The position numbers and the translations under genes are program-made. Positions 42,807 through 53,285 of a stretch of 64,000 nucleotides of DNA are shown in pieces. The notes under the pieces were generated by a model. The model was not told the origin of the DNA and made no database searches. It worked only from the letters and a program-made list of their open reading frames with translations. This DNA comes from an uncultured Desulfobacteraceae bacterium (GTDB lineage Bacteria; Desulfobacterota; Desulfobacteria; Desulfobacterales; JALSRD01), in contig CAYZCL010000154.1 in NCBI GenBank assembly GCA_964476595.1, positions 903 through 64,902 of the forward strand. The letters run 5' to 3'. The first letter of the stretch is position 1, and each line of letters begins with the position of its first letter.

Positions 42807-43697
42807 TTGCGCGTGTATCGTAAGAAGACCCGCATAACGGCCCTGGACCTGGTGCTCATGGCGCTCATCCTGGCCGTGCTGAGCTACATCGGCTACCGCC
42901 TGACGGTGAAGCTCAACTACAAGTGGAACTGGCCGGCCATCCCGCGCTACCTGCTCTACTACAGCAGCGAGCACCACGCCTGGATGTCGGGCATCCTGCT
43001 CGAGGGCCTGTACACCACCATCCGCCTGAGCGTCTGGGCCACCCTGATCGCGGCGCTGCTGGGCCTGGTCACCGGCATCATGCGCGCCACCGGCGGCCTG
43101 TTCAGCCGCATGATGGCCCGCACTTACGTGGAGCTGATCCGCAACGTGCCCCCGCTGGTGCTGGTCTTCATCTTCTACTTCTTCTTCAGCGCCCAGATCA
43201 TGCCCCTGCTGGGCGTGGAGGATTTCATCCGCTCGCGCTCCCCGGCCGCCCAGCGCTGGCTGGCGGTGTTTTTCGCCACGCCGGATGTCTTCAGCGCCTT
43301 TCTCTCGGGCACCATCACGGTGGCCGTTTTCCAAGGGGCCTACATTACCGAGATCGTGCGTGCCGGGATCCAGTCCATCGAGCGGGGACAGTGGGAGGCG
43401 GCTTACGCTCTGGGCCTTTCGTGGCCCCGGCAGATGTGGGATGTGGTGCTGCCCCAGGCCCTGCGGCGCATCCTGCCGGCCTTGGCCAACGAGTTCATCA
43501 ACACCATCAAGTACTCCGCCATCGTTTCCATCATCTCCATCCAGGAACTCACCTTCCAGGGCATGCAGATCATGGCCAGCACCCAGATGACCATCGAAGT
43601 GTGGCTGGTGGTCACCGCCATGTACCTGGTGCTCTGCCTGGTGCTGTCGGTGGGGGTGCAGTGGCTGGAGCAGCGCCTGGCCCGCAGCGATGCCTGA
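42807..43697 (+). CDS. Second polar amino-acid-type ABC transporter permease
   Basis: 296 aa. EAA-loop region [31 protein letters not shown]. The start codon is uncertain (TTG 42807 or GTG 42813). Confidence 0.85.
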   Translation: MRVYRKKTRITALDLVLMALILAVLSYIGYRLTVKLNYKWNWPAIPRYLLYYSSEHHAWMSGILLEGLYTTIRLSVWATLIAALLGLVTGIMRATGGLFSRMMARTYVELIRNVPPLVLVFIFYFFFSAQIMPLLGVEDFIRSRSPAAQRWLAVFFATPDVFSAFLSGTITVAVFQGAYITEIVRAGIQSIERGQWEAAYALGLSWPRQMWDVVLPQALRRILPALANEFINTIKYSAIVSIISIQELTFQGMQIMASTQMTIEVWLVVTAMYLVLCLVLSVGVQWLEQRLARSDA

Positions 43698-43706
43698 CGG
43701 GGCCGC

Positions 43707-44951
43707 ATGGCGGCGGCCATGGCACTGCTGATCCGGGCCCGCCGGCTGCTGGAGGTGCGGCGGGGCGAGATGCTGCCCGACCCGCTGGTGGCCGTCGCCG
43801 ACGGCCGCGTCCGCGAGATCCTCCCCGGTGCGCCGGCGCCGGACCCGTCGTCGGGGCGCCGGGTGCTGACGTTTCCCGACGGCTGTGTTCTTCCCGGCCT
43901 GGTCAACACCCACCTGCACCTATGCGCCCCCTCGCGGGGAATTCCCTTTCATCGGCCGCAGTCCGACCATGCGGCCCTGCGGTGGGCCATGCGCAACGCC
44001 CGGACCGAGCTGCTAAGCGGCGTGACCACCGCCCGCGACTGCGGCGACCAGAACGGCGTGCTCTTCCGGCTGCGCCGGGTCGCGGCCGCCGGTGTGTGCC
44101 GCGCCCCCCGCCTGCTGCTGTGCGGTCCGCCGCTGACGCGTCCCGGAGGCCATGCCCACTTCCTGGGCGGCGCGGTCAGGGGTCCCGAAGGCGTGGCGCA
44201 GGCCGTGCGGTCGCACCTTGCGGCCGGCGCCGATTTCATCAAGCTGATCGTCACCGGCGGCGGCACGCCGGGCACCGACCCGGCCCGCGCCTACTACGAC
44301 GCCGGCGAGATCGCCGCCGCCGTCCGGACCGCCCACGACTGCGGCAGACCCGTGGCCGCCCACTGCCGGGGCACCCCCGGCATCCGCCTGGCCACCGCCG
44401 CCGGGGTGGACCACATCGAGCACGCCTGTTTCGAACAGCCCGACGGCCGGCTGCGTTTCGACGCCCGGGTGGCCGCACAGATGGCCGCCGCCGGCGTGGC
44501 CGTCACCCCCACCATCCAGCTCTACCGCGACATGCTCGCCGCCCTGGAAAAAAAGCGCCTTTCGACCGGCCTGGACGCGGCCGAGCGCCGGCTGCTGGCC
44601 CGCCTGCCCGACACCATCTCGCGGAAATTTGCCGCCCTGCGCGAGTTTCGCCGGTTCGGCATAACCTGTTTGGCCGGCAACGACGCCGGCCTGCCGCATA
44701 CCGGTTTCGGCCGCCTGTGGCGGGAACTCGAGGCCATGACGGCCGGCGGCCTGACGCCCCTGGAAGCCATCCGCTCAGCCACCCTGACCGCCGCCCGCGC
44801 CCTGCGCCTCGCCGGGGAAGCCGGATCCCTGGCGCCAGGCATGCCGGCCGACCTGATCGTGGTGGATGGCGACCCCCTGAAAGACATTCGCGCCCTGTCG
44901 CGCGTGCGCCTGGTCCTGCAGGCCGGCCGGGTGGTCACCGAACAGCCATGA
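43707..44951 (+). CDS. Metal-dependent amidohydrolase-superfamily protein (COG1228-like), substrate unknown
   Basis: 414 aa. HxH site PGLVNTHLHL, later His contexts (VAAHCRG, VDHIEHA) and an Asp context (LAGNDAG). The start lies 9 nt after the permease stop. Confidence 0.75.
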   Translation: MAAAMALLIRARRLLEVRRGEMLPDPLVAVADGRVREILPGAPAPDPSSGRRVLTFPDGCVLPGLVNTHLHLCAPSRGIPFHRPQSDHAALRWAMRNARTELLSGVTTARDCGDQNGVLFRLRRVAAAGVCRAPRLLLCGPPLTRPGGHAHFLGGAVRGPEGVAQAVRSHLAAGADFIKLIVTGGGTPGTDPARAYYDAGEIAAAVRTAHDCGRPVAAHCRGTPGIRLATAAGVDHIEHACFEQPDGRLRFDARVAAQMAAAGVAVTPTIQLYRDMLAALEKKRLSTGLDAAERRLLARLPDTISRKFAALREFRRFGITCLAGNDAGLPHTGFGRLWRELEAMTAGGLTPLEAIRSATLTAARALRLAGEAGSLAPGMPADLIVVDGDPLKDIRALSRVRLVLQAGRVVTEQP

Positions 44952-45206
44952 CGGGCCTCTCCGAACCCCTTCCGAAACGCATCGCCCCCTCGTGTCCCGT
45001 GTCATCCACGGGCCCGCTGCCCGGCGCATGGCGATGGCAGGCGGCGGTCGGTATGCCTGCGGTTCCGCGGGGCCGCCCGTACCCCAACGGGACCCGGGCG
45101 GAAGCCGTGGCGCCCTGCCGAAGACCGGGGTTGCGTGCGGCCGACCCGCCCAAGGGCCAAAAGGAACTTGTTCCTGCCGGTCTTTCGGTGCTATGACCTG
45201 CCGAGA

Positions 45207-46409
45207 ATGACCGGCCCCGAAAAGAAAATATTCGCCACCCTGTTTTTCTCCATCTTCGCCGCCGTGACCGGCGTGGGCATCGTGGTGCCCCTGCTGCCGG
45301 TCTACGCCCACAGCCTGGGGGCCACGGGGCTGTACATCGGCATGATCTTCGGCGCCTTTTCCCTGTCGCGCACCGTGTTCCTGCCCTATTTCGGCCGCGT
45401 CTCCGACCGCCGTGGCCGCAAGCCCTATATCGTGAGCGGCCTGCTGGCCTACTCGGTGGTGTCGGTGGCCTTCATCTTTTCCAAAAGCGTAGAGAGCCTG
45501 ATCGTCATCCGCCTGTTTCACGGGGTGGCCTCGGCCATGATGATGCCGGTCATCCAGGCCTACATCGGCGACATCACCCCCGCCGGCAAAGAGGGGTTTT
45601 CCATGGGCGTGTTCAACATGTCCATGTTCCTGGGGCTCAGCCTGGGGCCGCTCATCGGCGGCGTCATCAAGGACCGCTTCAGCCTGGAGGCGGCCTTCAT
45701 CTGCATGGGGTCGCTGTCGCTGGTGGGATTTCTGCTGAGCATCATCTTCCTGCCGCCCACACGGTCGGAACAGGTGCTGGCCCGCGTCCAGACGCCCATG
45801 AAACTCAAGGCCCTGATCGCGGATCCCTTCATTTCGGGCCTCTTTTCCTTCCGTTTCGCCTACACGGCCTGCATCGGCATCATCTGGGGGTTCGTACCCG
45901 TTTACGCCGACGCCCGCTTCGGCCTGTCCAGCGCGCTCATCGGCGGGCTGGTGACCACCGGGGTCTTCATCAGCGGGTTGATCCACGTGCCCATGGGCTA
46001 CCTGGCCGACCGTTTCAGCCGGGTGAAGCTGGTGGTCGCCGGGGGGCTGCTGGTGGCGGTTTCTGTGTGGGCCTTCGGCTGGGCCAACGGCTTCTACGGC
46101 ATGCTGGCGGCCTCGATTTTTTTCGGCCTGGGCGGCGGTGTCTCGAACCCGGCCCTGATGGCCATGAGCGTGCACAAGGGCAGCCAGGCGGCCGCCATGG
46201 GGTCGGTGATGGCCTACCTCACCATGGCCCACAGCCTGGGCATGCTGGCCGGCTCCCTGCTGGGCGGCATGATGATGGATCTCTTCCAACTGCGCCAAGC
46301 CTTTCTGCTGGGCATGCTCATCATGCTGGCCGGGGTGGGGGCCTTCTACCTGCTCACACGGCTGCGGCCCGCCGTGGTGGCCACCGTGGCCGGAGGACCG
46401 CAGGCCTGA
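45207..46409 (+). CDS. MFS transporter
   Basis: Start is ATG 45207 (MTGPEKKIFATLFF...). About 12 TM helices. MFS loop motif GRVSDRRGRKP between TM2 and TM3. Confidence 0.85.
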   Translation: MTGPEKKIFATLFFSIFAAVTGVGIVVPLLPVYAHSLGATGLYIGMIFGAFSLSRTVFLPYFGRVSDRRGRKPYIVSGLLAYSVVSVAFIFSKSVESLIVIRLFHGVASAMMMPVIQAYIGDITPAGKEGFSMGVFNMSMFLGLSLGPLIGGVIKDRFSLEAAFICMGSLSLVGFLLSIIFLPPTRSEQVLARVQTPMKLKALIADPFISGLFSFRFAYTACIGIIWGFVPVYADARFGLSSALIGGLVTTGVFISGLIHVPMGYLADRFSRVKLVVAGGLLVAVSVWAFGWANGFYGMLAASIFFGLGGGVSNPALMAMSVHKGSQAAAMGSVMAYLTMAHSLGMLAGSLLGGMMMDLFQLRQAFLLGMLIMLAGVGAFYLLTRLRPAVVATVAGGPQA

Positions 46410-46456
46410 ACACCCCCGCGGCGTCTTCGTCCCCGCGCGCGGGCGGGTGCGCCGTG

Positions 46457-47371
46457 CTACAGCGGGTGCAGCAGGCCGTCCAGGCGCAGCGACGGCGGCA
46501 GCGGGCCCAGGTCCGCCTGGACCTTCAGGGCTTCCCGCAGCCCGCTGCTGTCCACCCGGCCTTCGGTCTGCCAGCGCGGCAGGTCGCGCATCAGGGCGGT
46601 CTCGAAAACCGGGGGCGGTATGTCGAAAACCCGGCTGCCCAGCGCAATGGTGTCCGCCGGGCACTCCGCGATGGAGCGGCAGGACCGGCGGAAGGCGTCC
46701 ATGAGCCCGGCGGCCAGTTCCGTTTCGCGCCGCAGCCACCCCTGCTCGGCCAGGATGATGCCCCACTGGTAGCGGGGGTAGTAGTCGGCCACCCGGTCGA
46801 TGACCCGCCAGAGTCCCCGGTGCTCTCCCAGGCTCAGCTGGGGCTCTACCACGAAGGCGGCGTCCACGCGCCCGCTTTCGAACACCTCCGGTTTCCCGTA
46901 GTCGCCGCCCAGCGGCACCAGCCGCACGTCGCGGTCCGGGTCGATGCCGTGGGCCCGCAGCATCCTGCGGATGAAATACGTATCGCAGCTGCCGGTCGAC
47001 AGGATGCCGATGCGGCAGCCCGCCAGGTGGGCGGTGCCGGCGACGCCGGGTCGCGCCGCCAGGTAGTGGTCCAGCCGCTGGAAGACGCTGCTGCCCACGA
47101 TCCTGGCCTGCAGCCCGCCCTGCAGAGCCGCCAGGAAAGGCGGCAGGCCCATCTCGCCGATGTGGACGCGGCCGTCGGCCACCGCGCGCGCCAGCTCGGG
47201 TCCGCCGTGGGCGTACCAGACCCGCAGGTCGATGCCCCGGTCGGCGAAAAAACCCCGTTCGATGCCCCAGTAGAGCGGGAAGCGCTCCATCCAGAAGGAG
47301 GGCGCGCCCCAGATGACCCTGCGCAACGTGCGTCTCCCTGCGTGGGGGTTCCGGAAAGGGCGCCCGCACAC
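46457..47371 (-). CDS. NMT1/THI5-like (SsuA/TauA-fold) binding-protein homologue without an obvious signal peptide
   Basis: The sequence VIWGAPSFWMERFPLYWGIERGFFADRGIDLRVWYAHGGPELARAVADGRVHIGEMG is typical of NitT/TauT-family binding proteins. The N-terminus is not signal-like. The start codon is uncertain. Confidence 0.6.
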   Translation of the reverse strand: MCGRPFRNPHAGRRTLRRVIWGAPSFWMERFPLYWGIERGFFADRGIDLRVWYAHGGPELARAVADGRVHIGEMGLPPFLAALQGGLQARIVGSSVFQRLDHYLAARPGVAGTAHLAGCRIGILSTGSCDTYFIRRMLRAHGIDPDRDVRLVPLGGDYGKPEVFESGRVDAAFVVEPQLSLGEHRGLWRVIDRVADYYPRYQWGIILAEQGWLRRETELAAGLMDAFRRSCRSIAECPADTIALGSRVFDIPPPVFETALMRDLPRWQTEGRVDSSGLREALKVQADLGPLPPSLRLDGLLHPL

Positions 47372-47439
47372 GTGCGGACGCCGGCCGCGTCGTTTTTTCC
47401 CGGTGGCGTCGGGAAGCGGGATCTGCTACAATCCCGCTG

Positions 47440-48375
47440 TCAGAGCATTTCCGGTGTGAAAGCGACCACGTCGTCGATGCGCCCCGCGTCGGCCATCAGC
47501 ATCACCAGCCGGTCCAGGCCCAGGGCGTTGCCGGTGCAGGGCGGCAGGTGCGCCACGTCCGAAAGGAATTTTTCGGGCAGCGGGTAGCGCGCGGCGCCCA
47601 TGGCTGTCCGCCGCCGCCGTTCCTGTGCGAAGCGTCGCCGCTGTTGCCCGGCGTCGGTCAGTTCGCTGAAGGCGTTGCACAGCTCGACGCCGACGATGTA
47701 GAGTTCGAAGCGTTCGGCCAGTGAGGGGTCTTGCGGCTTGAGCCGCGCCAGGGCCCCGCGCGCGGCCGGGTAGTCGTAGAGGAAACAGGGGCGCCCGAAA
47801 CCCAGGTGCGGTTCGATGCGCTCAACCATCAGCCGGTCGAAGGTGTCGTCGGACAGGGCCGCCTCGGCCGTGGTGTCCGTGTAGCGGTCGAAGGCCTCAC
47901 GCACCGACAGGCGCCGCCAGTCGCCCGCCAGGTCCACCTCGCAGCCCCGGCAGCGCAGGCGGCCGGCCTTTCCCAGCGCCCCGGCCACGTGGCGGATGAG
48001 TGCTTCGCACTGCGTCATCATGTGCCGGTAGTCCCGGCCGGCGGTGTACCACTCCAGCAGGGTGAACTCGGGCAGGTGCCTTTTGCCGCGTTCGCGTGCG
48101 CGGAAACAATGACAGATCTGGAAGATGCGTTCGTAGCCGGCCGCCAGCAGCCGCTTCATGCACAACTCGGGTGACGTGTGCAGGAACCAGTCCCCCGCGG
48201 GTGGCGCCTCGATGTGCAGTTCGGGCGCCGGCGCCGGGATGCGCAGGGGCGTGTCCACCTCCAGGTAGCCGTGGGCCAGGAAAAAATCCCGTACCGCCTG
48301 CAGCACCCGTGCGCGCAGTACCAGCTGCGGCCGTTTGGCGGCCAGCGCCCGTCGTTCTTTTTCGGTGTCAGGCAT
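47440..48375 (-). CDS. epmA: EF-P (R)-beta-lysine ligase (class II lysyl-tRNA-synthetase paralogue, GenX/PoxA)
   Basis: Start set at ATG 48375 (MPDTEKERRAL...). Class II motifs: FFLAHGYLEVDTPL, FLHTSPELCMKRLLAAGYERIFQICHCFRARERGKRHLPEFTLLEWY, and GNALGLDRLVML at the C-terminus. Confidence 0.85.
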   Translation of the reverse strand: MPDTEKERRALAAKRPQLVLRARVLQAVRDFFLAHGYLEVDTPLRIPAPAPELHIEAPPAGDWFLHTSPELCMKRLLAAGYERIFQICHCFRARERGKRHLPEFTLLEWYTAGRDYRHMMTQCEALIRHVAGALGKAGRLRCRGCEVDLAGDWRRLSVREAFDRYTDTTAEAALSDDTFDRLMVERIEPHLGFGRPCFLYDYPAARGALARLKPQDPSLAERFELYIVGVELCNAFSELTDAGQQRRRFAQERRRRTAMGAARYPLPEKFLSDVAHLPPCTGNALGLDRLVMLMADAGRIDDVVAFTPEML

Positions 48376-48548
48376 TTTGCGTGCTTTACTCCTGTACCGG
48401 GAGCGGGAATCCGCCGCCGGCCGTCGGGCAGGCCGATCCCCGTGTTCGAACCGTTCCGAGCGGTTCGCCGGGCGCCCCGTGCCGGGGTGGCGCTGCATCC
48501 CGCCACCGCGAAGCGGGTACCTCAATTCTTTATTTGGGAGTCGTTATC

Positions 48549-49553
48549 GTGTATCTCGCCCGTCGCAACATCAACGGCCGGCCACGTTACTTCATCGCCG
48601 AATCCTACCGCAGCGGCCGGGAACTGGCAAGCCGGGACCTGGTGGACCTGGGGCCCGACCCGGAGGACTTCATCGTCTATCCCGGCGGCAACGCTTACTA
48701 CATCCACGAGGCGGTCGGCGAAAAGCTCCTGGAGCGCGGCGTGGACCCCGACCTGGACGAACTGGACCGCATCTTCCTGCCTTTCATCCGGCCGGAGATC
48801 CGCCGCATCATCGACCCGCTGCGCGAACGCGCCAGGGCCATGAATCCGGCCGCGCGCCTGAGCCCCGCGCAGGTGGAGGAACTCGACGCCCAGCTGCACG
48901 TTTTCGACAAGCGGCGGGTGCACTTCCTGCGTTTCGGTCAGATGGAGCAGGACAACGTCGGCCGGCTGCCGCCGGCCCTGCTCCGGCGCTTCTACCGCAA
49001 GTCGCGCGACGAGATCGAGCAGGATTTCATGGCCATGGAGCACATTCTCAAGGAGCGTGAGATCAAGATCTACGTTTACGTGATCTTCGACCTGCAGCGC
49101 TTCTTCACGCGGCACTTCGCGCGCAGCGCCCCGCAGCTGCTGGACCAGGAGGAGGTCGACCGCCGCCTCATCGACGAGATCTGCCGCCTCAACCTGGTGC
49201 TCTTTCCGGAGCAGCGCCGCCGCGGGTCGCGCCTGCACGAGTACATGCAGCGCTACCTGTGCATGTACTTCGACCACGAGTACGCCGGCGCCTCGCTCAT
49301 GGCGGACTACCTGCGGGAGTTCATGAACCGCCACCGCGCCCACTTCCGGCCCGCCGCCGGCCCTTCGGTCAGCGACGAGAAGGCGCAGCGCGTCTTCGGC
49401 GTCGGCGGGGAAGAGCTGCGCGCCATGAGCCGGCGCGAGCTCATCCGGCGTTACCGCCGCCTGGCCCGCCGTCACCACCCCGACCACGGCGGCAGCCACG
49501 AGAAGTTCGTGGAACTCAACGATGTCTTCCAGAGCCTGATCCGGCGCAAGTAA
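48549..49553 (+). CDS. J-domain protein with an uncharacterised ~270-aa N-terminal region
   Basis: The likely start is GTG 48549 (GGGAG 8 nt upstream). The tracked ORF extends upstream, antisense to epmA. C-terminal J domain with HPD: RRYRRLARRHHPDHGGSHEKFVELNDVFQSL. Confidence 0.7.
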   Translation: MYLARRNINGRPRYFIAESYRSGRELASRDLVDLGPDPEDFIVYPGGNAYYIHEAVGEKLLERGVDPDLDELDRIFLPFIRPEIRRIIDPLRERARAMNPAARLSPAQVEELDAQLHVFDKRRVHFLRFGQMEQDNVGRLPPALLRRFYRKSRDEIEQDFMAMEHILKEREIKIYVYVIFDLQRFFTRHFARSAPQLLDQEEVDRRLIDEICRLNLVLFPEQRRRGSRLHEYMQRYLCMYFDHEYAGASLMADYLREFMNRHRAHFRPAAGPSVSDEKAQRVFGVGGEELRAMSRRELIRRYRRLARRHHPDHGGSHEKFVELNDVFQSLIRRK

Positions 49554-49640
49554 CCCCGGCCGCGGTCTGCGGGGGGGGCGCTTTGCAACGGCGGCGGCGC
49601 ACCGGCGGACGGATGTCGGCCTGCCGCCGGGCATGGCCGC

Positions 49641-50162
49641 TCAGGCGCGGCCGGCGGGCGGGGTGCGCGCGATGATCGCATCGCAGACCTGCTCCTGGGT
49701 CAGGCCATCGCATTTTACCGTCACGTCCGCATACCGCTCGTAGAGCCCCATGCGTTCCCGAAACAGGTCGGCGAGACTTTGTCCGGGCCGCCTGGCGATG
49801 CCGCGGGTGTCGAAATCGCCGATACGGGATGTCAGGGTGTCCAGGTGCACGTCGAGGAAAACGATGGTGCCCGTCACCCCGAGGTGGGCCATGGCGCGGC
49901 GGCTGTACACCGCGCTGCCGCCGGTGGCGATGACGTGGCGGGCGAGCCGCAGGCTCAGGATGACGCGCGCCTCGATCCGGCGCAGCGCGGCGTGCCCGTC
50001 TGCGTCCACGATGTCCTGCAGCGTACGGCGTTGCGAAGTCTGGATCAGCACGTCCGTGTCCACGAAGCCGCGGCCGGTTTTCTTGGCCAGGATGACGCCC
50101 ACGGTGCTCTTGCCCGAGCCCGGCATGCCGATCAGAACCAGGTTGGAGGCCTTTTCACGCAT
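49641..50162 (-). CDS. aroK: Shikimate kinase
   Basis: 173 aa. Walker [14 protein letters not shown], then FVDTD, and a typical shikimate-kinase length and layout. Confidence 0.85.
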   Translation of the reverse strand: MREKASNLVLIGMPGSGKSTVGVILAKKTGRGFVDTDVLIQTSQRRTLQDIVDADGHAALRRIEARVILSLRLARHVIATGGSAVYSRRAMAHLGVTGTIVFLDVHLDTLTSRIGDFDTRGIARRPGQSLADLFRERMGLYERYADVTVKCDGLTQEQVCDAIIARTPPAGRA

Positions 50163-50288
50163 TCCTTACAGGTACCACAGTCGGCACGCCCCTGGCAAGG
50201 GGGGCGGTGCGACCCCAGCGTGCACGGCTTCTCTTTTAATAAAAGGGAATTGTCTGCGTTTGACCGGGGCGGGGCGCCATCATTTTTC

Positions 50289-50317
50289 TTGACTTAGGGA
50301 CCCATTCTGAAGATACT
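50289..50317 (+). promoter_or_regulatory. Possible sigma-70 promoter far upstream of tdh
   Basis: TTGACT (50289-50294), a 17-nt spacer, then GATACT (50312-50317). It would give a leader of about 355 nt. Confidence 0.35.
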
Positions 50318-50674
50318 TTCCGGTGAACAGGCACAAGATATCTCTCATTTTTTCCCTTCCATTGATTGAAAATGGGCGGGAAATCTGTGGATTCAGATGT
50401 CTGTCCGTCAGCATAAGCCCCGGGGGGCCTGTTTGGGGGCCTCCGTATCCCTGCAGTCTTCCCGCATCGCGCACGGCAAGCCGCACGTACCCGGCTGCAG
50501 GCCCGTATCCGCCGGTATCGCATGTGAAGCGGAACCGCCGCCCGCCGAGAGGACAATCAGCGCTCATCGCAACGCATGCGGCGGCGCACGCCCAGCGGTT
50601 TGGGGGACGGCGCAGCGTGCGGCATCGACGCATCGGTGGACATGTTTTCAAGGCACCAACAGAAAGGGGGTAGC

Positions 50675-51715
50675 ATGGCGAACATGAAAGCGCTGGTGAA
50701 GGCCAAGGCCGAAGAGGGGCTGTGGCTCCAGGAAGTGCCGGTGCCCGAAATCGGGATCAACGACGTGTTGATCAAGATTCACAAGACCGCCGTTTGCGGA
50801 ACCGACGTCCATATTTACAACTGGGACGAGTGGGCCCGGAAAACCATTCCCGTCCCCATGCCTGTGGGCCACGAGTTCGTGGGACGGGTGGCCGAAATCG
50901 GCAGCAACGTGCACGACTTCAAGCCCGGCGACTTGGTTTCCGGCGAGGGGCACGTGGTCTGCGGCCGCTGCCGCAACTGTCTGGCCGGCCGCCGCCACCT
51001 GTGCAACCACACCAGCGGCGTGGGGGTCAACCGCCAGGGATGCTTTGCCGAGTATCTCAGCCTGCCGGTGACCAACGTGTGGTACTGCGACGAGCGCATC
51101 CCCACCGACATCCTGGCCTGCTTCGATCCCCTGGGCAACGCCACCCACACGGCCCTGTCTTTCGACGTGCTGGGCGAAGACGTCCTGATCACCGGCGCCG
51201 GCCCCATCGGCTGTATGGCGGCGGCCATCGCCAGGCACGCCGGGGCGCGCTACGTGGTGGTCACCGATGTGAACCCCTACCGGCTGGAACTGGCCGCAAA
51301 ACTGGGTGCCACCATGACCCTGGACGTGCGCACCGAGCGCCTGGAGGACGCCCAGCAGAAACTGGGCATGAAGGAGGGGTTCGACGTGGGCATGGAGATG
51401 TCCGGCAACCCGGCGGCCCTGAACAGCATGCTGGCCAACATGTGCCACGGCGGCAAGATCGCGCTGCTGGGCATCCTGCCGGGCAACACGGCCATCGACT
51501 GGGACCTGGTGGTTTTCAACGGCCTGACCATCAAGGGTATCTATGGGCGCGAGATGTACGAGACTTGGTACAAGATGACGTCCATGATCCAGAGCGGCCT
51601 GGACATCCGTCCGGTCATCACCCACCATTTCCACTACACCGATTTTCAGGAGGCCTTCGACGTCATGCGTTTGGGCAACAGCGGCAAGGTCATCCTGAAC
51701 TGGGAAGACGAGTAG
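50675..51715 (+). CDS. tdh: L-threonine 3-dehydrogenase
   Basis: Start is ATG 50675 (RBS AAAGGGGG). The sequence [53 protein letters not shown] is almost collinear with E. coli Tdh. It is a Zn-ADH with GAGPIG. Confidence 0.9.
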   Translation: MANMKALVKAKAEEGLWLQEVPVPEIGINDVLIKIHKTAVCGTDVHIYNWDEWARKTIPVPMPVGHEFVGRVAEIGSNVHDFKPGDLVSGEGHVVCGRCRNCLAGRRHLCNHTSGVGVNRQGCFAEYLSLPVTNVWYCDERIPTDILACFDPLGNATHTALSFDVLGEDVLITGAGPIGCMAAAIARHAGARYVVVTDVNPYRLELAAKLGATMTLDVRTERLEDAQQKLGMKEGFDVGMEMSGNPAALNSMLANMCHGGKIALLGILPGNTAIDWDLVVFNGLTIKGIYGREMYETWYKMTSMIQSGLDIRPVITHHFHYTDFQEAFDVMRLGNSGKVILNWEDE

Positions 51716-51809
51716 CTGCCGATGGCGCCCCCGGCCGGGGCTGACCGCGGGTCTTCGGGGTGCGTTCCCGCCTCCGACACAAAACGATCCAACACCGAAG
51801 GAGTTGACC

Positions 51810-52994
51810 ATGTACGCAAAGGCAAAAGAACAATTCATCGCGCAGCTCGAGGAAATCCGCAAAAGCGGGCTTTTCAAGAACGAGCGTATCCTGACGTCCC
51901 CCCAGTCCGCCCACGTGAAGGTGGGTGAGGAAAAGAGCGTGCTCAACATGTGCGCCAATAACTACCTGGGCCTGTCTTCCCACCCGGAGGTGCTGGCGGC
52001 CGCCCGGGACGCCCTGGACCGCTGGGGCTACGGCCTGTCGTCGGTACGCTTCATCTGCGGCACCCAGTTGATCCACAAGCAGCTTGAGGACGCGGTCTCG
52101 AAATTCCTGGGCATGGAGGACACCATCCTGTACACCTCCTGCTTCGACGCCAACGGCGGGCTTTTCGAGACCCTGCTGACCAAAGAGGACGCCGTCATCA
52201 GCGACGAACTCAACCACGCCAGCATCATCGACGGCATCCGGCTGTGCAAGGCCCGGCGCCTGCGCTACAAGCACAACGACATGGCCGACCTGGAAAAACA
52301 GCTGGCTGCGGCGGCCGACTGTCCCAAGCGCATGATCGCCACCGACGGCGTCTTTTCCATGGACGGGGATTACGCCCCGCTGGACAAGATCTGCGACCTG
52401 GCAGAGAAATACGACGCCATGGTCATGGTGGACGACTCCCACGCCGTCGGCTTCGTGGGCCCCCACGGCCGCGGCACCCACGAACACTGCGGTGTCATGG
52501 ATCGCGTGGACATTATCACCGGCACCTTCGGAAAGGCCCTGGGAGGCGCCAGCGGCGGGTACACCAGCGCCCGCAAAGAGATCGTCGAACTGCTGCGCCA
52601 GCGGTCGCGGCCCTATCTTTTCTCCAACACCATGGCGCCGCCCATCGTTGCGGCATCCCTGAAGGCCATCGAACTGCTGTCGACCACCACCGAACTGCGG
52701 GACCGGCTGGCAGAGAACACGACCTATTTCCGCAGCGAGATGACCGCCCGCGGCTTCGACATCCGGCCCGGCGACCATCCCATCGCCCCCATCATGCTGG
52801 GCGACGCCGTGCTGGCCCAGAAGATGGCCGCCCGCATGCTGGACAGGGGGGTTTACGTCATTGGGTTCTTCTACCCGGTGGTGCCCATGGGCAAGGCGCG
52901 CATCCGTACCCAGATCAGCGCACTGCACACCCGCGAGGACCTGGATTTCGCAATGGAGCAGTTCAGCGCGGTGAAGGAGGAACTCAACATTTGA
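51810..52994 (+). CDS. kbl: Glycine C-acetyltransferase (2-amino-3-ketobutyrate CoA ligase)
   Basis: Start is ATG 51810 (AAGGAG 6 nt upstream). It is a PLP-dependent alpha-oxoamine synthase ([26 protein letters not shown]) located downstream of tdh. Confidence 0.9.
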   Translation: MYAKAKEQFIAQLEEIRKSGLFKNERILTSPQSAHVKVGEEKSVLNMCANNYLGLSSHPEVLAAARDALDRWGYGLSSVRFICGTQLIHKQLEDAVSKFLGMEDTILYTSCFDANGGLFETLLTKEDAVISDELNHASIIDGIRLCKARRLRYKHNDMADLEKQLAAAADCPKRMIATDGVFSMDGDYAPLDKICDLAEKYDAMVMVDDSHAVGFVGPHGRGTHEHCGVMDRVDIITGTFGKALGGASGGYTSARKEIVELLRQRSRPYLFSNTMAPPIVAASLKAIELLSTTTELRDRLAENTTYFRSEMTARGFDIRPGDHPIAPIMLGDAVLAQKMAARMLDRGVYVIGFFYPVVPMGKARIRTQISALHTREDLDFAMEQFSAVKEELNI

Positions 52995-53016
52995 TCCGGT
53001 TCCGACAAGGCGGGCC

Positions 53017-53285
53017 ATGAGACTGTTCAGCGCCTGAAACCGGCTGAGCCCGCTCAAGAGAATCATCATTGGCTTGACTGCCGGTATCCTGCCGGGATTG
53101 ATCGTTCCCCCACCGGCCGACCGGTGGCCGTCTGGGGGTTGTTATTCGTCGGAGCCCTGAAAACCGTTGCACCCATCCTGGTTCTTTTCCTGTTCGTGGC
53201 GGCCGGCTCGCAGAACAGAAGCGGTCAAAAGACCAATCCGCCGGCCACCGCCATCACCATCACCGTTTTGACCCCGGCGGCGGGG
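53017..53285 (+). pseudogene. sstT: Decayed serine/threonine transporter gene remnant (nonsense, frameshift, large internal deletion)
   Basis: ATG 53017 gives MRLFSA-stop(TGA)-NRLSPLKRIIIGLTAGILPGLIV. After a frameshift it reads AVWGLLFVGALKTVAPILVLFLFVAAGSQNRSGQKTN. From memory, E. coli SstT reads ..LFRRLAHGSLVKQILVGLVLGIL...[39 protein letters not shown]. The remnant then jumps directly to ATAITITVLTPAAG, compared with SstT GAAITITVLTLAAV about 200 residues further on. Confidence 0.55.

Noticed and set aside
41877-47369. Very long ORFs crossing several genes (41877-43919 minus, 680 aa; 42923-45196 plus, 757 aa; 44775-47369 minus, 864 aa)
   Set aside because: They run out of frame or antisense across the ABC transporter, amidohydrolase, MFS and NMT1-like genes, each of which has diagnostic motifs. 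The translations are Pro/Arg/Gly/Ala-rich and low-complexity.
53035-53037. In-frame TGA in the sstT-like remnant as a possible selenocysteine codon
   Set aside because: The aligned position in SstT is not a Cys or Sec site. The gene also carries a frameshift and a large internal deletion, and no SECIS-like hairpin is evident.
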